Source: Candidatus Cloacimonadota bacterium
Lineage (GTDB): Bacteria > Cloacimonadota > Cloacimonadia > Cloacimonadales > TCS61
Length of the DNA stretch: 58,489 nt
Assembly (NCBI GenBank): GCA_030595905.1
Contig: JAUVLE010000001.1
Location: forward strand, 1 to 58,489
Reading direction: 5' to 3'
Shown here piece by piece: positions 43,936 to 52,398 of the stretch. The notes under the pieces were generated by a model that saw only the letters and a list, made by a program, of their open reading frames with translations, did no database searches and was not told the DNA's origin. Position 1 is the first letter of the stretch. Each line of letters opens with the position of its first letter. The position numbers and the translations under genes are program-made.

Positions 43936-45390
43936 TTATTTCAAAAGTAACATTTTCTTCACACCCTTTGTTTTGCCGTTAACATCAAATTTGTAAAAAT
44001 AAATACCTGATGCTACTGATTTACCATTGTTGTCTTTTCCGTACCAAATTACCGAATGTTTACCTGACTCAAATTCGTTTTTCACCAAAGTTTTTACTTT
44101 TTGACCTTTGATATTATAGATTACAAGTTCAGCGTTCTCAGCGTCCTCTGCTGTGAAGAAAATAATTGTTGTTTTGGGATTGAATGGATTGGGATAGTTT
44201 GATAATTGAAAATTTTCTATTGAACATTGAATATTTTCGTCTTCAATTCCTGATCCATCGGTAATATGAATAAAATGTTCCCGTAGGAATTCATCAGTGC
44301 TTTCCTGATCGTGAATTATTAATTTCACCGAATAAAAACCGGTATCCTGGTAAGTATATTCAGGTTCTAATTCATAAGAATCAATAGTTCCATCGTTATC
44401 AAAATCCCATTCATAAGAGATAACCTCACCAACAGAGTAATTATTGAATTGTACTGTAAAAGGTGCTATCCCTTCTGTTAATGAAGTAGAAAAATTAGCA
44501 ACCAGCGGTTCTTCACCTTTTGAGAAGGAATGATAAGCCGTGAAAGTTCTACCATAGTCTGTTGAATGGAAAATATAAGTATGTTCTATTGTGTGCATAA
44601 GTGCATTATAAGTTACTAATACGTAAACTTCTCCTGCCTGTCTTCCACCAACAAAATCAGTGTAATCAAGCCCTGTATTGAATTGATTAATGTATTGCCA
44701 ATTCAAACCATAATCATTGCTGTAGGATATTTTCTGTGGTGAACCAGCGAAATTGTATAACTCTCCATATTCAGTTCCACGACTAATATCTCTAATAGGA
44801 TTTTCATAAGCATTAACAATATTTTGTATCTCTAATGTTTCATAATTATCATAAGAAATTAATAGATACATTGAATCAGGTTGGCTTGTAATTGATACTT
44901 TTGCATATCCTATACTATCACTATTATCGATTGCTGTACCTGATAAGTTTCCAAAAAAACCACTACATGAATGATTTATGAAACTTAAACCGTAGTTTTC
45001 GCTGTGTGAGGCAATAGAATTATATATTTCTCCCTCATTTCTTCCACTATTTATACTCCAATACCCATTATTGCTGATAAAATTCCAGCTATATTGTTCA
45101 CCATATTCATACGATCTATACAGGTTTTCAGGCATAGCATATCCATATAAAACTCCGGAGGTAAGGTCAGCGGTAATACTAAAAAAGTTTATATTAGTGT
45201 TTAATGTGCTGTCCATACAGGTGGCAGTTTCACCAAAGTCTGTTGAGTGGTAAATAGCTGCCGGTTGGGTTACTGTTGGTCCAATAAAGTATATTTCGCC
45301 GACATCAGGTCCGCGAGTTATTCTGTAATCTGCAAAAATCAAGCTGTAAAAAACAAATAGAATAACTAAAATTAGACTAATCTTTTTCAT
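43936..45390 (-). CDS. secreted BNR/Asp-box repeat protein with PKD domain and T9SS CTD (paralogue 1)
   Basis: 484 aa with a signal peptide. Asp-box-like motifs (STDFGET, SENYGLSF, SNDYGLNW, STDYGRTF), a PKD domain (...YEWDFDNDGTIDS...YTYQDTGFYSVKLII) and the CTD NYPNPFNP...IYNIKGQKV...MLLLK. Confidence 0.8.
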   Translation of the reverse strand: MKKISLILVILFVFYSLIFADYRITRGPDVGEIYFIGPTVTQPAAIYHSTDFGETATCMDSTLNTNINFFSITADLTSGVLYGYAMPENLYRSYEYGEQYSWNFISNNGYWSINSGRNEGEIYNSIASHSENYGLSFINHSCSGFFGNLSGTAIDNSDSIGYAKVSITSQPDSMYLLISYDNYETLEIQNIVNAYENPIRDISRGTEYGELYNFAGSPQKISYSNDYGLNWQYINQFNTGLDYTDFVGGRQAGEVYVLVTYNALMHTIEHTYIFHSTDYGRTFTAYHSFSKGEEPLVANFSTSLTEGIAPFTVQFNNYSVGEVISYEWDFDNDGTIDSYELEPEYTYQDTGFYSVKLIIHDQESTDEFLREHFIHITDGSGIEDENIQCSIENFQLSNYPNPFNPKTTIIFFTAEDAENAELVIYNIKGQKVKTLVKNEFESGKHSVIWYGKDNNGKSVASGIYFYKFDVNGKTKGVKKMLLLK

Positions 45391-45439
45391 CTTTCTTTCC
45401 TCCCTTGTCCCGGCGTAGTCTTAACGTAGCCGGATTATT

Positions 45440-46867
45440 TTATTTTAATAAAAGCATTTTTCTTATTGGTGAATTATTTATGTTCAATTTATAGAGGTAT
45501 ATTCCTGTAGCTAAATCTTCTGCATTCCACATTATTGGAGACTGATGATTATTTACCGATAATTTCTCTATTAATTGCCCCTTAATGTTATAAATTTCGA
45601 TAGCTGCTTCTCTTATATTTTGAGGTAACTTATAATTAATGATAGTCGATGGATTAAAAGGATTGGGATAATTGTTTAATTCGATTTGTGAAATATGTAA
45701 TAGTTCTTCCTCAACTGCATTATTTTCGTTAACATGGATATAATTTGTTTTAATAAAAGCGTCTTCAATGGGAAAATGTTCTATAAGTAGTTTTACAGAA
45801 TAGTAACCGGTATCCTGATATGTAAAAGCAGGATTTTGTTCATAAGAGTCAATTACTCCATCATTATCAAAATCCCACTCCCAAATTTGAATATCATCTC
45901 CACTGGATAAATCTGTGAATTGAACCGTTAAAGGTACTGTACCTTCTGTTGGTTCTGCTTCGAAGTTTGCAAAATACGGAGATGGTCCATAAGAAAATGG
46001 ATGATATACAGTAAATGTTTCACCATGATCTAAACTATGATATATGAAAGTATGTTTAACATCGCCCATCAATTGCATGTATTCCGCAAGAACAAATAAT
46101 TCTCCTATCTGTCTGCCACCAACGATATCATTTGAGAGTAAATGATTTTTGAATATCCAATTTTCACCATAATTGTTGCTGTACCATAGTTCTGATATCC
46201 TAGATCCATCCGCAGTATAAACAGATTTTAATAAATACAGCTCCCCAGGTTCAAAACCTCTGGTTAAGTAAAAATCGCTTGTACTATTCCAATTAAAAGT
46301 ATATTGAATTTCGAAATTTTCAAAATTATCATAACTAATTAACAACCATAGTGTGTCATAAACGCTGTATTGCTTTGTCAATGCATAACCAATACTATCT
46401 TGTTTATCTATTTCTACTGCTTTTAAAGAACCAAAATATCCATTGTTAGCATGGTTAATAAAATTAACACCATAATCGTCGCTGTGACTAGCTTTGCCAT
46501 TATAAATATATCCCTCTAGTCTACCACTAAGTATTGCAGAAATGTCATTATTCCTAAAAACCCAGCTTCCTTCTTCTCCGTAGTTATATGAAATGTATAA
46601 ATTTTCCGGCATTGAGAAACCATAAATAACACCTGGAGTAAGATCAGCAGTAATGCTCATAAAGTTTATGTTTGTATTTAATGTGCTGTCCATACAAGTG
46701 GCAGTTTCACCAAAGTCTGTAGAGTGGTATATAGCTGCCGTTTCGGTTACTGTTGGTCCAATAAAATATATTTCACCAATGTCGGGTCCTCTGGTTATTT
46801 TATGGTCTGCAAATACTAATGTGCTTGTAAATATTATCGCTATCGCAATAAAATTAATCTTTTTCAT
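45440..46867 (-). CDS. secreted BNR/Asp-box repeat protein with PKD domain and T9SS CTD (paralogue 2)
   Basis: 475 aa with the same architecture as paralogue 1. Most residues are identical over about the first 100 aa. Confidence 0.8.
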   Translation of the reverse strand: MKKINFIAIAIIFTSTLVFADHKITRGPDIGEIYFIGPTVTETAAIYHSTDFGETATCMDSTLNTNINFMSITADLTPGVIYGFSMPENLYISYNYGEEGSWVFRNNDISAILSGRLEGYIYNGKASHSDDYGVNFINHANNGYFGSLKAVEIDKQDSIGYALTKQYSVYDTLWLLISYDNFENFEIQYTFNWNSTSDFYLTRGFEPGELYLLKSVYTADGSRISELWYSNNYGENWIFKNHLLSNDIVGGRQIGELFVLAEYMQLMGDVKHTFIYHSLDHGETFTVYHPFSYGPSPYFANFEAEPTEGTVPLTVQFTDLSSGDDIQIWEWDFDNDGVIDSYEQNPAFTYQDTGYYSVKLLIEHFPIEDAFIKTNYIHVNENNAVEEELLHISQIELNNYPNPFNPSTIINYKLPQNIREAAIEIYNIKGQLIEKLSVNNHQSPIMWNAEDLATGIYLYKLNINNSPIRKMLLLK

Positions 46868-47013
46868 CTTTCTTTCCTTCTTATTTCACAATATATTATT
46901 AGTAGTTTTTTTTCAACCGATTAAATTTGAATTACTATAATGAGTCCACTCTAAAAAGTCAAATTCAATAAAATGAGAAACCGTTAAAACGGTTAATGCC
47001 TTTTTTTGTTTCA

Positions 47014-47041
47014 TTAACCACCAACTTAAGTTGGTGGTTAA
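47014..47041. repeat. 28-nt perfect palindrome
   Basis: ttaaccaccaactt/aagttggtggttaa. It is flanked by aaccgtt-aa-aacggtt (about 46979-46994) and aaccgat-tc-atcggtt (about 47061-47076). Confidence 0.8.
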
Positions 47042-47384
47042 TAAGAAGATAGCAACTCTTAACCGATTCATCGGTTTCCAAATATTTGATGAATTTTCTA
47101 ACATATTTCTAATTATACCCTTTTTAGAGTAAACTCTATAATGAATTAATTTTTAATTAATACCATATCCTATTATAACTTTAATTATAAAATGTTGTCA
47201 AATGTTTTTTACTTATGTAACTTTTGTCATCTTCCGTACTCTCCGTCAATTCTACCACACTTCACATCAGGAGTTATGAAACGACGGATAAGTCCTACAT
47301 TAATAAGGCCGAATTCAAACTTTTTAATTGACTTCAATCTGCATCAAATAAATTTCAGAAGAAAATAGAAACAGGGGAATAAAT

Positions 47385-49793
47385 ATGAAAAGAAAAAAAG
47401 AGACAATTGAGAATAAACAGGATATGTTTGGAAATATCTTTGAAGGAAAATACAAACATATTATTTTTATTTCTCTTCTTTTTATAATTCTATCAGCGTC
47501 ATTTTTCAAAATGGCATTCAAGAACTATGCACCTCCTGCCAGCGATACGATCCAATGGAGAGGTTCTGCACAATGTATGATGGAATATAATGAAAAAAAT
47601 AAAGACCAGGCATTATGGAATTCAAATGTATTCGGCGGAATGCCGGGATACCTGATCTCTTTCGGCGCAAAATATCCTTTTATAAATTATTTATCCGGCT
47701 ATATAAGCAAAGTAATGAGCTGGCGGGTTTTCCTGATGTTCATGATGGGACTGGGAATATACCTGCTGATGATATTTATGAAATTTGATCCGGTAATTGC
47801 TTTTATCAGTGCTGTGGCATTTTCGCTTTCATGTCATTTTTTAGGGCTTCTGGAGATCGGGCATAATTCCAAATTCAGGACGGTCGTATATATTCCGTGG
47901 ATCATGTTCGCCGTCCATTATCTCAAAGAACGCAAAAGCGTCCTGGCTATGGCGTTGGCTGCCATAATGCTGATCGGGCAGCTTAGAGAAAATCATCCGC
48001 AGATATCTTATTACACTTTCCTGATGCTGGGAATTTACTGGATATTTCAGCTTGTGTATTCTTGCAGAGACAGGGAAAAACTAAATTTCCTGATCTTCAG
48101 TTCGATGCTGCTGGCTGTTTTTGTGATCTCATTTATATCTGTTGCTCAGCCATATTTTTCTACCATCGAATATGGAGAATATACTATCCGTGGCGGTTCT
48201 GGCGGACTCGATACAGGATATGCAACCAGTTGGTCTTTCCATCCCCTGGAGATGCTTTCTTTTATTAATCCAAGTTTTTTCGGAGGTGTTTCACCTTATT
48301 ATTGGGGCTGGATGCCCTTCACACAAACTTCTATGTATATGGGAGTGATCATTCTATTGTTAGCTGTTTTTGCAGTGCTCTTTGACAGGTCAAGAAACGT
48401 AATGATCCTCTTAACTATTTCGATAGTTACCCTCTTCATCTCTTTTGGAAGGCATTTGCCATTTCTTTCCAACTTCCTTTTAGATTATCTTCCCGGTTTT
48501 AATAAATTCCGCGTTCCGGCAATGATCCTGGTTTTGTTACAATTCACAACAGTGATCCTGGCAGGTTACGGACTGAAATATATTATTCATAAATTTGAAG
48601 AAAAAGACAAAGAGTTCTTTGAGCTTGTACAAAAGATATTGATCGGAGTGATCATACTTTTCATTTTATTTTTTCTTACCAGCGGTATCATTGAAAAGAT
48701 CGGACTTAGTAAAGCCGGCGAAGCTTCCAAATATAGTGTGTCACAAATAAAGCAGTTAAAAGAAATGCGAATGGAAAAACTTATCAACGATGGAATTCAA
48801 ACAGGGCTTTTGCTTATTGCCGCACTTGGATTTACACTTCTTCTGGGAAAAGGAAAGCTGAAGAAATATTCTTATCTGCTTTTGATAGCACTTCTTGTGA
48901 TCGTCGATCTTCTTATTGTTGATAAACGTTTTGTTCAGGGACTGGTTCCACAGAAACAGATCGAGAGGTATTACAAAAAAACATTGGTAGATAATTTCTT
49001 GTCTAAGGACAAAGAAATTTTCCGGATATACCCGCTTGGAAGAGAGTTCGGACAGAACAAGTGGACATATTACAATCAATCGATCGGCGGATATCACGGT
49101 GCAAAATTAAAAAGATACCAGGAGATCATCGAACATTGTCTTAATGCCGAATTCAAAAATCGCATCCCGATAAATTGGAATATCGTAAATATGCTTAATG
49201 CAAAATATGTTATCTTCTCCGACAAACTTCCCATTGAAAACCTTGAATATGCTTATTATGACAGGAAACAAAAACTAACAGTTTATAAAAACCTGGATCA
49301 TCTTCCCCGTGCCTGGTTCATAGAAAATGTGGAATTGATCCGGGAAAAGGAGAACATCTGGAAAAGATTGAATCAATTGGAATTCGATCCTGCAAAAACA
49401 GCGATCATCGAAAAGGATATTGGAAATATATTCGTTCCGGACAGCAGTAAAGTAACACTTAAGAACTATGAACTTCATGATCTGAAATTTGAAGTGAAGA
49501 CAGATACAACTTCATTTCTTGTAATTAGTGAAAGCTATTATCCTGCAGGCTGGAAGGCATATATCGATGGTGCTGAAACAGAAATTTATGCAGTAAATTA
49601 TATTCTTCGGGGGATTGTTGTTCCCAAAGGTGATCATATCCTGGAAATGAAATTTGCACCAAAATCTTACCTGCTCAGTATAAGATTAACTCTTGCAGGA
49701 TTGATAACAACACTTCTTTTATTGGTAGTGGGATTGTTCTTTTATTATCGGCAGAATTATAAGGGCGAGATAATCTATGTCCTCAAAAAGTAA
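47385..49793 (+). CDS. YfhO-family polytopic membrane protein (putative glycosyltransferase)
   Basis: 802 aa. About 12 or more N-terminal TM helices, a large extracytoplasmic C-terminal domain and a final TM. The overall pattern (...YYPGW.AYIDG......N...G...P.G.H.....F.P) fits YfhO-type proteins. Confidence 0.65.
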   Translation: MKRKKETIENKQDMFGNIFEGKYKHIIFISLLFIILSASFFKMAFKNYAPPASDTIQWRGSAQCMMEYNEKNKDQALWNSNVFGGMPGYLISFGAKYPFINYLSGYISKVMSWRVFLMFMMGLGIYLLMIFMKFDPVIAFISAVAFSLSCHFLGLLEIGHNSKFRTVVYIPWIMFAVHYLKERKSVLAMALAAIMLIGQLRENHPQISYYTFLMLGIYWIFQLVYSCRDREKLNFLIFSSMLLAVFVISFISVAQPYFSTIEYGEYTIRGGSGGLDTGYATSWSFHPLEMLSFINPSFFGGVSPYYWGWMPFTQTSMYMGVIILLLAVFAVLFDRSRNVMILLTISIVTLFISFGRHLPFLSNFLLDYLPGFNKFRVPAMILVLLQFTTVILAGYGLKYIIHKFEEKDKEFFELVQKILIGVIILFILFFLTSGIIEKIGLSKAGEASKYSVSQIKQLKEMRMEKLINDGIQTGLLLIAALGFTLLLGKGKLKKYSYLLLIALLVIVDLLIVDKRFVQGLVPQKQIERYYKKTLVDNFLSKDKEIFRIYPLGREFGQNKWTYYNQSIGGYHGAKLKRYQEIIEHCLNAEFKNRIPINWNIVNMLNAKYVIFSDKLPIENLEYAYYDRKQKLTVYKNLDHLPRAWFIENVELIREKENIWKRLNQLEFDPAKTAIIEKDIGNIFVPDSSKVTLKNYELHDLKFEVKTDTTSFLVISESYYPAGWKAYIDGAETEIYAVNYILRGIVVPKGDHILEMKFAPKSYLLSIRLTLAGLITTLLLLVVGLFFYYRQNYKGEIIYVLKK

Positions 49794-50463
49794 ATTATAC
49801 ATCGTTGCCATACCTATCGGTAATGCCGATGATATAACTCTGCGTGCTTTAAAAGTTTTAGGGGAAGTAGATTTCGTGATCTGCGAAGAATATAAACCGG
49901 GAAGTAGATTCCTGAAATCCTGTGATATTAAAAAACCTCTCGAACTATTGAACGAACATAACGAAAAAGAACAAAGTAAAATTATCCTGGAGAGACTTCT
50001 GATAAATACAGAAACTGCTGCCCTTATCAGCGATGCGGGAACACCGCTTTTTGCAGATCCCGGAAATAACCTGGTCTGGCAATGTCATCAGAACGGGATA
50101 AAAGTGATCCCTGTTCCCGGAGCTTCTTCCATTATGGCTGCTTTGATGGGAAGCGGTTTGCATCTGGATCAGTTTCTCTACTACGGTTTTCTTCCTGCAA
50201 ACAGGGATGAACGGATATTTGCCATAAAGAAACTTCCGGGCAGATATGACCTTGTTTTCCTGGAAGCGCCCTACCGTTTAAAACAATTTCTGAGAGATAT
50301 GAAGTACGTTCTTGGAAAAAAAAGACAGGCTGTTATTGCATACAAACTGACCCAACCGCAGGAAAAATTCTTCTGGGGTACATTAAAAGAACTTTCGATA
50401 ATGACCGAAGAACTTCCAAAAGGTGAGTTCGTTTTTATTTTGAAACGAACTTACTCTAAATAG
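49777..50463 (+). CDS. rsmI: 16S rRNA (cytidine1402-2'-O)-methyltransferase RsmI
   Basis: 228 aa. LYIVAIPIGNADDITLRALKVL..VD...CE, SDAGTP...DPG and PGASS, in the tetrapyrrole-methylase fold typical of RsmI. Confidence 0.85.
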   Translation: MSSKSKLYIVAIPIGNADDITLRALKVLGEVDFVICEEYKPGSRFLKSCDIKKPLELLNEHNEKEQSKIILERLLINTETAALISDAGTPLFADPGNNLVWQCHQNGIKVIPVPGASSIMAALMGSGLHLDQFLYYGFLPANRDERIFAIKKLPGRYDLVFLEAPYRLKQFLRDMKYVLGKKRQAVIAYKLTQPQEKFFWGTLKELSIMTEELPKGEFVFILKRTYSK

Positions 50464-50514
50464 GTTATCCGGAAAATTTCATTTTGATCTATCTTATAAA
50501 ATAAAACTTGACTT

Positions 50515-50532
50515 GTATCCCAAATGGAATAC
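50515..50532 (+). promoter_or_regulatory. imperfect palindrome, a likely dinJ-yafQ operator
   Basis: GTATCCCA-AA-TGGAATAC (7 of 8 arms) lies directly after a TTGACT -35-like hexamer (50508-50513) and about 20 nt before the antitoxin RBS. Confidence 0.45.
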
Positions 50533-50554
50533 ATTATTTAAACAGGAGGTAATT

Positions 50555-50815
50555 ATGATAAAATCCGCAATGCTTCGAGCTCGAATAGAACCGATCTTAA
50601 AGGAAGAAGTAGATTCCATCTTAAAAGAATTAGGTCTTTCTACTTCGGAAGCTATCAACCTTTTTTATAAGCAGATAAAACTTCGTAAAGGGTTACCGTT
50701 CCAAGTTGTTATTCCAAATGATCTGACAAAAAAAACTTTTAAAGAAACCGATAAAAATTTAAATATTATCGAATCTGAAACAACAGAAGATATGTTCAAA
50801 AAATTAGGAATTTAG
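50555..50815 (+). CDS. dinJ: type II antitoxin, RelB/DinJ family
   Basis: 86 aa. AGGAGG-N5-ATG at 50555. ...ARIEPILKEEVDSILKELGLSTSEAINLFYKQI...GLPF is the DinJ ribbon-helix-helix pattern. The track start at 50513 has no RBS. Confidence 0.85.
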   Translation: MIKSAMLRARIEPILKEEVDSILKELGLSTSEAINLFYKQIKLRKGLPFQVVIPNDLTKKTFKETDKNLNIIESETTEDMFKKLGI

Positions 50816-51084
50816 TGCTAAAACCTACTTATACTAATCAATTTAAAAAAGACTTGAAACTTATGCTGCGACGAGGAAAAGACAAATCTAAAATCAAAGA
50901 TATTATGATAACTTTGATCGATGAAAAACAATTAGAACCAAAATTCAAAAACCATAAATTAATCGGAGATTTTCATAATCGCCAAGAATGTCATATCGAA
51001 TCAGATTGGTTGCTGATTTATAAAATTGAAACAAACAGAATAATTTTTGAAAGAACCGGAACACATTCCGATTTATTCAAATAG
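50815..51084 (+). CDS. yafQ: type II toxin, YafQ family mRNA interferase (RelE/ParE superfamily)
   Basis: 89 aa. The GTG start overlaps the antitoxin stop. ...FKKDLKL..RRGKD......I..L.....L....K.H.L.G......ECHI..DWLLIY.......I.F.RTGTHSDLF is a classic YafQ pattern. Confidence 0.85.
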   Translation: MLKPTYTNQFKKDLKLMLRRGKDKSKIKDIMITLIDEKQLEPKFKNHKLIGDFHNRQECHIESDWLLIYKIETNRIIFERTGTHSDLFK

Positions 51085-51117
51085 AATAAAAAATGTTTGA
51101 AAATCATATCCGCTCTT

Positions 51118-51141
51118 GTTTCCAAGCCCTTGATTGGAAAC
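51118..51141. repeat. GTWTCCAAGCCC-N-TTGGAWAC hairpin (copy 2), downstream of yafQ
   Basis: gtttccaa-gcccttga-ttggaaac, an 8-bp stem. It shares TCCAAGCCC...TTGGA with 38004-38027. Confidence 0.65.
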
Positions 51142-51317
51142 ACAATGATTCCGAAAACCCGGTTTTCAATTTTGATCACAATTGTCCGTTATTCAGACTA
51201 AAGCTGAATTCCGCAATTTAGTTTATTCCCAAGTAGGATATTGGAAACGAAAAGAGGGCTTGATAATAAAGTGAAACAAGACGATTCTCAAAGATTGTAA
51301 CCGAAAATGAGGTAATA

Positions 51318-52214
51318 ATGAAAAAAGATACTTGGTTTTTTATAGTTAATGCAATTGCCGGTATAGGAAAAACCGGACGATTATTAAGCAGATTCATCAC
51401 TATCCTGAACGACCATAAATTAGATTTCGAGATAGAAATTACAAAAGCACCGAAACACGCTACACAACTTGCAATGGATGCTGTCAAAAGCGGATACACC
51501 AGGATAGCTGCTGTTGGAGGTGATGGGACAGTGAACGAAGTGGTGAATGGAATTATGCTTTCCGGAAAATCTGATGAAGTTACGTTTGGCGTCATTCCCG
51601 AAGGTGGCGGAAATGATTTTGCCAGAAATTTTGATATTCCGAATTTCGTTGGTAAAGCTGTTTCCACATTGGAAAAGCACAACACCACAAAGGTGGACGT
51701 CTGTAAGATAGAAGATTATTATTTCATTAATTCTCTGGGAATCGGTTTCGATGCCAGAGTTGCAGAGTACGCCTGCAAAGCGAAGTATTTGAATGGTCTT
51801 CCAAGGTATCTCTTTGCTGTTTTAAAAGCTCTGGTAAAACTCAAACCCTACAAAATGAAAATATCACTCGATAATAAAAATATCGAATCTTCTTTTTTGA
51901 TGATCACAATTGGAAATGGAAGATATTGTGGAGGAGGATTCAAGCTAACTCCTGATTCCATTGCTGACGATGGGAAATTCGATATCTGCCTTATCGATGC
52001 AATCACCCGCAGAAGACTTCTTAGTGTACTTCCAAAAGCGATCAAAGGAACTCATATCGAGCTTCCGGAAGTAAAGATCGAACGAAGTAATTCTATCGAG
52101 ATAATAACCGATCAGGAAATTCCTCTTTATTTCGATGGTGAATTACCTATTTTAAAAAACCCGAAACACTTTCGGATCGAGTTGCTTCCACAAAAGATTA
52201 ATTTGATTTGTTGA
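51318..52214 (+). CDS. diacylglycerol/lipid kinase, YegS/BmrU family
   Basis: 298 aa with the GGDGTVNEV catalytic-domain motif and PEGGGNDFAR. Confidence 0.85.
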   Translation: MKKDTWFFIVNAIAGIGKTGRLLSRFITILNDHKLDFEIEITKAPKHATQLAMDAVKSGYTRIAAVGGDGTVNEVVNGIMLSGKSDEVTFGVIPEGGGNDFARNFDIPNFVGKAVSTLEKHNTTKVDVCKIEDYYFINSLGIGFDARVAEYACKAKYLNGLPRYLFAVLKALVKLKPYKMKISLDNKNIESSFLMITIGNGRYCGGGFKLTPDSIADDGKFDICLIDAITRRRLLSVLPKAIKGTHIELPEVKIERSNSIEIITDQEIPLYFDGELPILKNPKHFRIELLPQKINLIC

Positions 52215-52221
52215 GGTCGAG

Positions 52222-52280
52222 ACCTTGCGAAGGTTTTAGGACTTCTTGCTTTGTATGACCTTCGCAACGGTTGGATTTTT
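52222..52280 (+). terminator. hairpin pair of the RACCTT...AAYGGTT family; possible terminator of the lipid kinase gene
   Basis: accttgcgaaggtt (52222-52235) and gaccttcgcaacggtt (52257-52272) share a 10-bp complementary core, 52225-34/52258-67. A T5 run lies at 52276-52280. Confidence 0.45.
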
Positions 52281-52398
52281 GAAATCTGATGATTGGGAAT
52301 TTTTCTTAAAAATTCTTTCCCAACCCTAAAGAACCGGGCTATTGATTAGATTGAAAAATTTGATTTGTAAATTTGAAAAGATCAAACGAGGATAAAAA

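Noticed and set aside
46913-47104. A 63-aa minus-strand ORF in the spacer upstream of the yfhO-family gene.
   Set aside because: It is read straight through the 28-nt perfect palindrome and both AACCG hairpins. It is more likely structured non-coding DNA than a protein.
51218-51688. A 156-aa minus-strand ORF overlapping the start of the lipid kinase gene.
   Set aside because: It is antisense to a gene with the clear GGDGTVNEV kinase motif. The translation is a P/S/F-rich shadow with no RBS.
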